Positions 19,059-28,117 of a stretch of DNA of 64,000 nt are shown here, in pieces. The notes under the pieces are model-generated. The model was not told the origin of the DNA and made no database searches. It saw nothing but the letters and a program-made list of their open reading frames with translations. Origin of the DNA: Candidatus Multivorans sp. (GTDB lineage Bacteria > Acidobacteriota > Thermoanaerobaculia > Multivoradales > Multivoraceae). The stretch lies in NCBI GenBank assembly GCA_965224025.1, contig OZ245033.1, forward strand, positions 256,001 to 320,000. The letters are read 5' to 3'. Made by a program: the position numbers and the translations under genes. The stretch's first letter is position 1, and every line of letters starts with the position of its first letter.

Positions 19059-20408
19059 GTGAAGACCATCATCGAGCCCTTCCGGATCAAGGCTGTCGAG
19101 CCGATCCGGCTACCCAGCGCGGAGCGCCGCGAGGAGTTGCTCCGCGCGGCCGGCTTCAACCTGTTCAAGATCGAAGCGGCGCACGTGCTGATCGATCTGC
19201 TCACCGACAGCGGCACGGGCGCAATGAGTGCACAGCAGTGGGCCGCGATCATGCGCGCGGACGAGAGCTACGCCGGCTCGACCAGCTTCCACCGCCTGCG
19301 GGAGACCGTCGAGGAGATCATGGGGTTCGAGCGGATGCTGCCTACCCATCAAGGGCGCGCCAGCGAGCGGATTCTCTTCGACCTGATCGGCGGCGCCGGG
19401 AAGATCGTGCCGAACAACGCCCATTTCGACACGACCCGCGCGAACATCGAACACAGCGGCGCCCGGGCGGTGGACCTCGCCATTCCCGAAGCGACGGATC
19501 CAACGAACCGCCATCCCTTCAAGGGCAACCTCGATCTGGACCGGCTGGAGTCACTGCTTGCGGCCGAGAGTGTGCATGTACCGGTGGTGATGTGTACGGT
19601 CACCAGCAACACGAGCGGAGGCCAGCCCGTGAGCCTGGAGAACCTCCGCGCGACGCGGCAGTCGTGCCGCCGCTACGGCGTGCCCCTGTTCCTCGATGCC
19701 TGCCGGTTCGCGGAGAACGCCTGGTTCATCAAGGAGCGGGAGACCGGACAACAGGAACGGTCCGCGCACGCGATCGCGCGCGACATGTTCGACCTCGCGG
19801 ACGGCGCCACGATCAGCGCCAAGAAGGACGGGATCGTCAACATCGGCGGACTTCTGCTCCTGCGCGACGCGGAGCTGTTCCGCCGCGCCAGCGACCTGAC
19901 CATCCTGACCGAGGGCTACGTCACCTACGGTGGGCTTGCGGGCAGGGACCTGGAGGCGATGGCTCTCGGTTTCCGCGAGGTGCTCGACGAGGATTACCTC
20001 CGCTACCGGATCCGCAGTACCGCTTACGTCGGAGAGCGATTGCTGGCGGCCGGCATTCAGATCGTCGAGCCGCCGGGCGGACACGCCATCTACATCGACG
20101 CGTGCCGGTTCTGCCCGCACCTGTCTCGCGAACAGCTCCCGGGCCAGGCCCTGGTCGTCGCCCTCTACCGGCATGCCGGCGTCCGCGCCTGCGAGGTGGG
20201 TACCGTCATGTTCGGCGCCCGCAAGGCGCCGCCGCTCGACCTCGTGCGCCTGGCGGTGCCGAGGCGGGTCTACACGCAGTCCCACATGGACTACGTCGTG
20301 GAGGCGATGATCGAGTTGTTCGGCGAGCGCGATCGGATTCGCGGGCTGCGGATCGTCGAGGCGCCGGAAGCCTTGCCGCACTTCAGCGCGCGGTTCGAGG
20401 AGGTGTAG
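19059..20408 (+). CDS. tnaA: Tryptophanase (PLP beta-eliminating lyase)
   Basis: EPFRIKAVEPI, DLLTDSGT, THQGR, SAKKD, YGGLAGRD, LAVPRRVYT; HFSARF has the His typical of tryptophanase rather than the Phe of tyrosine phenol-lyase. Confidence 0.85.
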   Translation: MKTIIEPFRIKAVEPIRLPSAERREELLRAAGFNLFKIEAAHVLIDLLTDSGTGAMSAQQWAAIMRADESYAGSTSFHRLRETVEEIMGFERMLPTHQGRASERILFDLIGGAGKIVPNNAHFDTTRANIEHSGARAVDLAIPEATDPTNRHPFKGNLDLDRLESLLAAESVHVPVVMCTVTSNTSGGQPVSLENLRATRQSCRRYGVPLFLDACRFAENAWFIKERETGQQERSAHAIARDMFDLADGATISAKKDGIVNIGGLLLLRDAELFRRASDLTILTEGYVTYGGLAGRDLEAMALGFREVLDEDYLRYRIRSTAYVGERLLAAGIQIVEPPGGHAIYIDACRFCPHLSREQLPGQALVVALYRHAGVRACEVGTVMFGARKAPPLDLVRLAVPRRVYTQSHMDYVVEAMIELFGERDRIRGLRIVEAPEALPHFSARFEEV

Positions 20409-20507
20409 CCCGGAGTACTCGCAGCGCTTTCCACCCGCTTGCAGCAGGACATTTCATCCCGCCGAGGCGCAACTCTCTACTGCATCCATGCCGGTCCCGC
20501 TGCGGGC

Positions 20508-20535
20508 GATGCGGGCGAGACGCCCGCGTTCCCAG
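20508..20535 (+). repeat. REP-like palindrome, family A
   Basis: GATGCGGGCGAGACGCCCGCGTTCCCAG between convergent genes. Confidence 0.8.
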
Positions 20536-20548
20536 GCTCGCTCCGCGA

Positions 20549-22309
20549 CTACCCGGTCGTGCGGGGCAACAGGCGGAACAGGCCGTAGCCCGCCAGCAGG
20601 GCCGCAGCCCCGAATGCAACGGCCTCCAGCCCACGCCCGTAGAGCGCCATTCCCGTCCCGAACAAGGCCGCATACACCGCGACGCAACCGAACAGCCAGG
20701 CCAGCAGCGCGGCCGTCGCGCTGCCGGGCTCATCCGGCCGCGTCTCCACGACCCGCCGCCAGCCGCACGCGAACGGGCGCACCCGGTCGTAGAACGCCTG
20801 GAGAACGGCCGTCTCCGTCGGCCGCGTGGCCATGGTCACACCAAACCAGACCACGGTCGTGAGGCCGACGCCGAAGAGAAGTTGCGCGGCGGTCGAAGGC
20901 AGCGCCAACCCGACCCCTTCGTGGCCGAACTGGAACCACACCGCGACCCCGAACGACACGACCATCGCCGAGATCTCGGACCAGGCGTTGATCCGCCACC
21001 AGAACCAGCGCAGCAGGAAGATCAGCCCGGTGCCGGCGCCGATCTGGAGCAGGATCTGAAACGCCTGCATCGCGTTCTCGAGCCATAGCGCGACCACCGC
21101 CGCCAGGGCGACCAGGCCGATCGTCGACAGGCGGGCCACCAAAATGTAGTGCGACTCGCCGCGGCCGGGCCGTACGAACCGCCGGTACACGTCGTCGACG
21201 ATGTAAGAGGCGCCCCAGTTGAGATGCGTCGAAATCGTCGACATCAATGCCGCCGCCAGCGACGCGACGACCAGCCCGAGCAGGCCGTGCGGCAGGAAGA
21301 CGAGCATTGCCGGGTAGGCGAGGTCGTGCCGGATGATCGACGGATCGAGATGCGGGAAGGCGGCGGCGATCGAGTCCAGGGTCGGGTAGACGACGATCGA
21401 CGCCAGCGCGACCAGGATCCACGGCCACGGCCGCAGCGCGTAGTGGGCGATGTTGAACCACAGCGTCGCGCCCATCGAGTCCCGCTCGCTGCGCGCGGCG
21501 AGCATGCGCTGGGCCGCGTAGCCGCCGCCGCCCGGCTCGGCGCCGGGGTACCAGGTGGACCACCACTGGACGGCGACCGGGATCAGGAAGACGGTCGCCG
21601 CGGTCTCCCAGTCCCCGAAGTCCGGCAGCAGAGCGAGGCGCGAAGCGATGTCGGGGTTCGAGACCAGGCCCGACAGCCCGCCGACGGCGGGGTGCGCCAG
21701 CGCGTACCAGGCGGCCGCCACGGACCCCACCATCGCGATGACGAACAGCATGAGGTCCGTGACCACGACCCCCCAGAGGCCGGAGGTGGCCGAGTACGCA
21801 GCCGTGACGGCCGCCGCCACGAGCACCGTCGTGTACTTGTCGACGCCGAGCAGGACGCCGCCGATCTTGATCCCGGCGAGCAGCACCGCCGCCATGATCA
21901 TCACGTTGAAGAACACACCCAGGTACACCGCCCGGAAGCCGCGCAGAAACACCGCCGCCCGTCCCGAGTAGCGCAGTTCGTAGAAGCCGATGTCGGTGAA
22001 GACGCCGGACCGCCGCCAGAGCTTCGCGTAGAAGAACGTCGTGCACATGCCGGTGATCAGGAACGCCCACCACATCCAGTTGCCGGAGACGCCGCCGTTC
22101 CGCACCAGGTCCGTGACCAAGTTCGGCGTGTCCGTCGAGAAGGTCGTGGCGACCATGGACGTGCCGAGCAGCCACCACGGCAGGTTCCGACCGGCGAGGA
22201 AGAACTGGCCGGTGCCGGCGCCCGCGCGCCGGGCGAAGACGAGGCCGACTGCAAGGGCGAGCGCGCCGTACGCGGCGAGGACGGTCCAGTCGAGGTTGTT
22301 CAGGCGCAT
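20549..22309 (-). CDS. Sodium:solute symporter family protein
   Basis: FFLAGRNLPWWLLGTSMVATTFSTDTP, GLWGVVVTD, AQRMLAA, many TM helices. Confidence 0.9.
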   Translation of the reverse strand: MRLNNLDWTVLAAYGALALAVGLVFARRAGAGTGQFFLAGRNLPWWLLGTSMVATTFSTDTPNLVTDLVRNGGVSGNWMWWAFLITGMCTTFFYAKLWRRSGVFTDIGFYELRYSGRAAVFLRGFRAVYLGVFFNVMIMAAVLLAGIKIGGVLLGVDKYTTVLVAAAVTAAYSATSGLWGVVVTDLMLFVIAMVGSVAAAWYALAHPAVGGLSGLVSNPDIASRLALLPDFGDWETAATVFLIPVAVQWWSTWYPGAEPGGGGYAAQRMLAARSERDSMGATLWFNIAHYALRPWPWILVALASIVVYPTLDSIAAAFPHLDPSIIRHDLAYPAMLVFLPHGLLGLVVASLAAALMSTISTHLNWGASYIVDDVYRRFVRPGRGESHYILVARLSTIGLVALAAVVALWLENAMQAFQILLQIGAGTGLIFLLRWFWWRINAWSEISAMVVSFGVAVWFQFGHEGVGLALPSTAAQLLFGVGLTTVVWFGVTMATRPTETAVLQAFYDRVRPFACGWRRVVETRPDEPGSATAALLAWLFGCVAVYAALFGTGMALYGRGLEAVAFGAAALLAGYGLFRLLPRTTG

Positions 22310-22466
22310 GGCTGGCTCGGCTTTGAGCACACCCGCGAGGGGACGGCACCGTCCGCAGCGGCGTGAATCCGGTTGCAGTAGAGAACCGCGCAAGGGCAAC
22401 GCACCCAGAGACAAGTCGTCGCTTCGATTGAGCTACCGTGCTGCAACCCGACGGTCCCGGGGAGCG

Positions 22467-23438
22467 TCAAGCGGGTCTCCGGGACGATCGCTCTCCGAAC
22501 CACTCGCCCAAGTCATCCGGGTAGTCGCCGGCTGCCACGGCATCGCTCAGGGTCGAAGCAACCGGGGGCAGGTCGCCGGGGTAGGTCAGTCCCGCGGTGC
22601 TCTGGGTCATCGGCAGGAGTCGGACGCTCGCCGATTCCTGCCCGATCAGTTGGCCGACGGTCTCGCTGAGCAGGAACTCGCTCGTGACCGGATTGTCGAG
22701 GTTCGCGTGGAAGTCCGCGAAGGCGGCTTTGAGGAGGCCGAAGATCGAGGGCTGGAAGGCCCACAGGTTCATCGAGCAGAGGGTGTCCGCGGCCAACGAC
22801 CGAGCCTCCCCTTCGCCGTCGCGGCCAACGAGGCCAGAATCGGTCAGCAGCACATCGTAGACCTCGTCAAGCCGTTCCAGGAACGCGGATGCGGGCGAGA
22901 CGCCCGCGTTCCCAGGGCCGGCGGCCACGATCCCCCGGTTGACGCCGCTGGTACGGGAAACGCCGGTGCGGTGGAGTTCGTACGCGCCGAGGAAGTGCGA
23001 ATCGTCGCCCGCCGCCAGCCCGTCAGCCGCACGCCGCCCGAACGACTCGATCGCCCGGGCGCCGTAGAAATCGTCCGCGTTGACGACCAGGAACGGCTCC
23101 TCCACTTTCTGCCGCAGCGCGAACACCGCATGGCCTGTGCCCCACGGTTTGGCCCTTCCCACCGGCGGTAGGGCGCCGCCGGGCAAGTCGTCCAAATCCT
23201 GGGCCACGAAGTCGACGGGAACCGCCCGGCCAGCATGCGCCGCGGCGCGGCTCATGATCTGCTCCGTCCGGTCCGCCGAGGTCACGAACACGACCTTTCC
23301 GCAGCCGGCGCGGAGCGCGTCGCAGATCGCGTACTCGAACAGCACCTCGCCGCTCGGACCGACCGGTTCCAGCGTCTTCGGGCGCCCGAACCTCGCCGAG
23401 CGGCCAGCGGCGAGCATGGCCAAGGTGAGTCCGCTCAA
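22467..23438 (-). CDS. Sugar-phosphate nucleotidyltransferase with in-frame REP insertion
   Basis: LAAGRSARFG, KPWGTGHAV, NADDFYG, SMNLWAF. Confidence 0.85.
   Translation of the reverse strand: MSGLTLAMLAAGRSARFGRPKTLEPVGPSGEVLFEYAICDALRAGCGKVVFVTSADRTEQIMSRAAAHAGRAVPVDFVAQDLDDLPGGALPPVGRAKPWGTGHAVFALRQKVEEPFLVVNADDFYGARAIESFGRRAADGLAAGDDSHFLGAYELHRTGVSRTSGVNRGIVAAGPGNAGVSPASAFLERLDEVYDVLLTDSGLVGRDGEGEARSLAADTLCSMNLWAFQPSIFGLLKAAFADFHANLDNPVTSEFLLSETVGQLIGQESASVRLLPMTQSTAGLTYPGDLPPVASTLSDAVAAGDYPDDLGEWFGERSSRRPA
22888..22915 (+). repeat. REP family A inside the nucleotidyltransferase CDS
   Basis: GATGCGGGCGAGACGCCCGCGTTCCCAG, identical to the intergenic copy at 20508. Confidence 0.85.
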
Positions 23439-23743
23439 GCGGCTCGATGCCTCTCGATGACCGCCATGTCGAGCTCGACGCCCAAGCCGGGCCCCGTCGG
23501 CGGTTCGATGAACCGCGGGACTACTCGCTGAAGACGATCCGCCACGTGGCGACGATCTTCCGGGTGCCCGATCGGCGGGTCGATGTTGTCGATCAGGATC
23601 GTCTCGAGTTCAGTGATCTTCATGTTCGACGCCTCGGAGTGTTGAGCCAGCGCGACCGCCGCCTCGCGAGCCGCGGTCAGGCCGGCGCCCAGGCCAGCCG
23701 CCGCGATCCCCGCACCGGAGATGAAGCCGCGTCTCGTGATCAT
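23435..23743 (-). pseudogene. Internally deleted Tat-exported mandelate racemase/enolase-superfamily protein
   Basis: TRRGFI Tat signal and MKITELETI N-terminus are joined almost directly to the C-terminal PPTGPGLGVELD. Confidence 0.65.
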
Positions 23744-24154
23744 GACAGGCGGTCTGACTCTATGCCGGTTCGGCGAAGGGCGGCGCCTCTACGCAAGCGG
23801 ACGGCCATCTCTGTGTTTGATGCCGGCCCCTGAGTGCGCCGGCCGTAGACCGGATGGGCCCCACTGCGTAACCGGGGAGTCATCGTAGCGGCGGCCGTGG
23901 CGCTCCTTTTGCTACTGCACAAGGAACGCATCCCCTTTGGTCCTGATTCGCTCCACGCTCCCAAGCCGCGACTTACTCGCAATCATCGGTCGGCTCCAAT
24001 AGATTGGCTTCCTCCTCCATCGTGTTGAATATTCTTGTGTTCTCAATCCTCTGGTGATAGGTTCATTGTCCTCGACGTAGGCCCCTAGCGGCCGGTTTCG
24101 CGGCCTACGATACATGTCAACTGGACCGTCAGGCCCCAGCATTGAGCGACACAA

Positions 24155-24895
24155 ATGATTGACAAACAAGCCGGCATGAGCGCAAAGGAACGCATGGGCG
24201 AAGACGCCGCGGGCGAGACGCTCTACGACAAGAACGACGAGGACCGGCCACCTGTTGGCAAGCAGCGCGCGAACGCCCTTGCGCTGGTAGCCGCGAGCGC
24301 ACTCAAGGGCGGTCTCGATCCAGGGTCCAAGGGCGACCGCTATACAGCCCGTCGCATCGTCTGCGACGCCGGCAAGGTCCGGATGACCCACCGCAACGGC
24401 CAGATCCTGAGCGTCGGCCGCAAGACGCGCACGATTCCGCCGCCGATCCGCCGTGCACTGGAGTTCCGCGACCAGGGTTGCCGCTTCCCGGGCTGCACAT
24501 CGAAGCACTGCGACGCCCACCACATCGAACACTGGGCCGACGGCGGCGAAACGAAGCTCTCGAACCTCGTGCTTCTCTGCCGGCGGCACCACCGCCTGCT
24601 CCACGAGGGCGGTTTCCATGTCCGAATGAACAAGGAAGGCGCCGTGCAGTTCGTTCATCCCCGCGGACGGCCGCTGCAGCAGAGTCCGGCGCCGCCGCCG
24701 GTCGGCCTCCGCGCCGCCCGAGACCTGGTCGAGCACCTGGAGAACGCCGGCATTCTGGTCACGCGCAAGGAATCGATGCCGGCCTGGGACGGCCGGCCGA
24801 TGGACCTGCCCTACGTCATGGAGTGCCTCTGGCGACCGCCACCCCACCTGAAGGCGGCGGTGGACCGGGAACGGGCGTCATCGCGGGCCGCATAA
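24155..24895 (+). pseudogene. DUF222-type HNH endonuclease remnant
   Basis: RALEFRDQGCRFPGC, CDAHHIEHWADGGETKLSNLVLLCRRHHRLLHE; the DUF222 part appears largely deleted. Confidence 0.7.
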
Positions 24896-24930
24896 CAGCG
24901 GACCTGGAGCAGCAGAACTCGCGCCGCCTG

Positions 24931-25359
24931 CTAGGCCACTCTGTCTTCGACCACGAGACTGCGCCCGACGGCTCGAAGGGCGTTCGTGACTCTTCTGATG
25001 TGCGAGTAGCGGTCCGGATCGAGCAGCTTACCGACGGAGGCCTCGTCCAACCCGAGCTGCTTGGCCAGGGACGCCTCGTCAAGGCCCTGTTCCCGCATCG
25101 CCGAATAGAGCGCCAGCTTTGCGGCGGGAACGGGTGGAACAGCCACGACTTCCTGACCCTCCACGACGGAGCTTGGGGGCGGAAGGTCCTCGCCGTTGTG
25201 GACGTAGGTCGCGAGTATGGCTACAAGGGCGTCCGCCGCCATTTCCAGAGCTTCGGCTCGGTCGTCGCCGCACGTCAGCGCGCCCGGAACGTCGGGGAAG
25301 ACGACGAAGAAGCCGCCGTCTTCCTCCGGGTTGAGAACACACGGATAGGCATAGCGCAT
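24931..25359 (-). CDS. hicB: HicB antitoxin with C-terminal HTH
   Basis: YPCVLNPEEDGGFFVVFPDVPGALTCGDDRAEALEMAADAL, AKLALYSAMREQG. Confidence 0.88.
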   Translation of the reverse strand: MRYAYPCVLNPEEDGGFFVVFPDVPGALTCGDDRAEALEMAADALVAILATYVHNGEDLPPPSSVVEGQEVVAVPPVPAAKLALYSAMREQGLDEASLAKQLGLDEASVGKLLDPDRYSHIRRVTNALRAVGRSLVVEDRVA

Positions 25360-25362
25360 CGG

Positions 25363-25455
25363 TCAAAAGTCTCCTCTGTCGACCTTCAGATCTCTCAACA
25401 TGGATGCCAGCAGCCCTCGGCCGATCTCCTTCTGCGGAACGAAGACCGTGCGGCA
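25363..25455 (-). pseudogene. hicA: C-terminal remnant of HicA toxin
   Basis: RTVFVPQKEIGRGLLASMLRDLKVDRGDF* ends 3 nt before the hicB start; the 5' part is replaced by REP copies. Confidence 0.6.
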
Positions 25456-25463
25456 GTAGATGG

Positions 25464-25529
25464 CCGGATGCGGGCAGGATGCCCGCGTTCCCAAGGGCGG
25501 ATGCGGGCGAGACGTCGGCGCACCCAGTG
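25464..25529 (+). repeat. REP doublet (family A plus A/B hybrid)
   Basis: GATGCGGGCAGGATGCCCGCGTTCCCAA followed by GATGCGGGCGAGACGTCGGCGCACCCAGTG. Confidence 0.75.
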
Positions 25530-25550
25530 ACGGAGCGGATCAGGGTCGAC

Positions 25551-27359
25551 TCAGGTCTCGACCCTGCTCATCAGCCGGGCATCGGTCACCGGGTAGTGGC
25601 AGAGCGTTTCGTCGCATGCCTGGTAGTCGATCAGGACCGTCGCCACGCCGCCCTCGCCCTCTAGCGGCACCTCGACGCGGAAGTCGCCGTGGATTCGGCC
25701 CTCGCCGTCGGCTTCGGGCAGCACGGGGTCGGCGGCCACCTGGTAGGCGAAGCCGGATGGGGCACGGACGCCGAACTTGAACTCCGCGTCGGAACCGGGG
25801 GCGTAGATCCAGAACCCGGGTTCGAGCTTGAAGTCGAGAACGGCCAAGGTTGATTCGCCGTCGGTCGTCGTCGACATGGTCACCTCGACCGCGGGGCTCA
25901 CGGTGACGGAGAGATCGTCCAGTTCGTCGCCGTCCGCCGCGAACCGGGAGGAACTGAGCAAGTCCGACCCTCCGGGGCCCTGGGCGGCCCGGAATCGGTA
26001 GCCGGCCCAGTCGGAGGCGAAGAGCGAGGGCCCGTTCTCATCGAGCCAGCCCTGCCAGCCGTCCGCGGAGTCATGGCTCACGCCGGCGTAGCGGGCCAGC
26101 AACCGCTCGGCCCGCTCGGGCTCGACACCTTCACGCAGGTCGGCGACCGCGCGTTCGAGCAGGGCCGGGTCGTTGTTGGCGATCCCGAGCGCTCTGGCGT
26201 CCGCGTCGACCTGGAACTGTCCTTCGAGCCGGAAGAACGCCTTGCCGTCGTACTCGCTGCCGATCCGCCCGCCGTCCCAGTAGAGATACGGCTCGTTCTC
26301 TTCGTACCAGGCCTGCCGCTCTTCGCGGGAGCCGCGCGCCGCCGCCGGAATCGCCTCACCGAAGCTGTACGTGAGGCCCCGATCCTGGGCCTCCTTCACC
26401 TTCTCCGGCGTGTCGTAGAACTCCTTCATGTCCTCCGTCTCGTAGAGATCGAGGAGAGCGAGGGAGGTGGCGAGCCCCTCGCGCGGACGCGCTTCGCGAG
26501 TGGCCAGGATCGGATGGTCCCTGAAGCCGTGGATGTAGTGGACGGCGTTGATCAGGAGGCGCTGGCCGGTCTCCGTCATCTCGTCCGGGGTGCCGTAGAA
26601 CCCCCACTGCAGCAGCCGCCCCTGGCGGCCGATCGCGAAGTAGTCCGGCCCCTTCAGGTGCATGCCGCCGGCGATCCACTCGGTGTCGGGCGAATCGAGA
26701 AAACCGTCGCCCGTCGTCACCACGCCCGCTTCGCTCTTGTCCGGCCGCTCGCCGACGGGGAGGTTCAGGGTGTCCCATTCCTTCTTGAGGATCTTGACCG
26801 TGGTCATCGTGTCCGGGACGTCGTCCGTCAGTTCGTAGTACTTGTACTTGGGTGGGGTCGGCACCTCCTCGAGCTCCAGCTCGATCGGCAGAGGTCCGTG
26901 GAAGATCGGATGGCCAGAGGTCGGATCGGACGTGGACTGTGGCACGACAGCCCTGGAGAACAAGCACAGTCACCCGTATCGCCAGCCCAGCAGCAGGTTC
27001 AGGTCGTCCGAGATGCGAGCGCCCTGGCCGCCGATCAGGACGGTGGGCATGGACAGGGTCTCCAGATCGACTCCCTCCGCTCCCGGGATCGTCTTGATCC
27101 GCTCTTCCGACCGGTCGATCGTCTGGCCGTCGACGATCAGGACGTCGGCGTCGCTGAGGTCGGCCTTCGCCAGGTCGTTGCGGGCGATGCTCCGCACCTC
27201 GAAGTGCTCGGCCAGCAGCGCGTGGTAGCCCTCCGCGTGCGGCGTGCCGGCGTCGCCGGCGTAGACGACGCGCAGTTGCGGCGCCGGTTCGGCGCTGCAT
27301 GCCAGCGTGAGCAGCGCTGCGGTTGTCGCCAGGAAGCCAAGCCACTTACTCTGTTTCAT
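25551..27359 (-). CDS. Candidate selenoprotein: lipoprotein with in-frame UGA (U-L-C) and C-terminal DsbD-N-like domain
   Basis: ORFs 26970-27359 and 25551-26963 are in the same frame, separated only by TGA-CTG-TGC; lipobox LAC; C-terminal PGFWIY...YQACDETLC. Confidence 0.6.
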
Positions 27360-27430
27360 GGGTACATCCTCATCGCGTTTGAACGTCAGGCAGTCTAGCT
27401 GGCGGTCCAGAAACCGGCGCTGCGCGCCAG

Positions 27431-27528
27431 ATGCCGGCCAGAACCCGGGTGGCGCGACCCGCGTCACCCGTGAACCAGTCCGTGCGCCCGTCAGCGGGCG
27501 CACGGATGGCAGCCCGGCGCACCCAGTG
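27431..27528 (+). repeat. Two-hairpin element, copy 2, nested in a split family-B REP
   Basis: ATGCCGGCCA[GAACCCGGGTGG...GATGGCA]GCCCGGCGCACCCAGTG. Confidence 0.7.
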
Positions 27529-27575
27529 GGCGGCCAGCTCCATGCGAATCAGCACCCAGTTCTTCGCATCGCACG

Positions 27576-28109
27576 CTACGCGCAGCAGCCGCGCCGCCGC
27601 TGATCCGAAGCCGTCGGTGTGTCCAGCGAGTACACGTTGAACTGCCGCAGCGGCGGCGAGTAGATGTGGAGCGTGATCAGGTCCTCGCCCGACGGCTGCG
27701 TGTTCGCGACCTGGTGGCAGTCGTCCTCCTCCGACGCGCAGACGCGGCCGGCTCCGTGCTCACGGCGGCCGCAGGGGCAGATGAGGCCGGATGCCGTCGG
27801 CTCGAACTCGGTCTCGGTCGCCACGCCTTCGACGACGCGGAAGGCGCAGCTCGAACCCCGGTGGTCGTGGATCGGGGTCCGCTGGCCGCTGGACCAGCAC
27901 AGGCAGACCAGCTCGTACCAGTCCGACTCGGCGATCCGGTTGCGCTGGTACTTGTCCTCGCCGAAGCGGCAGGCGGCGCCGAGGTCGGCGCGCGTCACCG
28001 CGATGTCGCCCAGGAGCCGGCTCAAGACCTCCAGGTCGGCGCGGCCGTCGAGCGAACCCAAGTAGTCCAGCAGCGGACCGAGCCGGCCCGCGGACGACCC
28101 CGAGTTCAC
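27576..28109 (-). CDS. Cysteine dioxygenase family protein
   Basis: YQRNRI, CWSSGQRTPIHDHRGSSC, HQVAN, TLHIYSPP; RBS GGGAGG before GTG 28109. Confidence 0.85.
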   Translation of the reverse strand: MNSGSSAGRLGPLLDYLGSLDGRADLEVLSRLLGDIAVTRADLGAACRFGEDKYQRNRIAESDWYELVCLCWSSGQRTPIHDHRGSSCAFRVVEGVATETEFEPTASGLICPCGRREHGAGRVCASEEDDCHQVANTQPSGEDLITLHIYSPPLRQFNVYSLDTPTASDQRRRGCCA

Positions 28110-28117
28110 CAGCCTCC

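Noticed and set aside
23900-24154. Lower-GC stretch as a gene or ncRNA
   Set aside because: No convincing ORF, motif or structure recognised; probably a remnant of foreign DNA next to the HNH fragment
24155-24895. HNH gene as an IscB/Cas9-like RNA-guided nuclease
   Set aside because: No RuvC motifs or associated array; the CRFPGC/HHIEHW pattern fits DUF222-type HNH proteins
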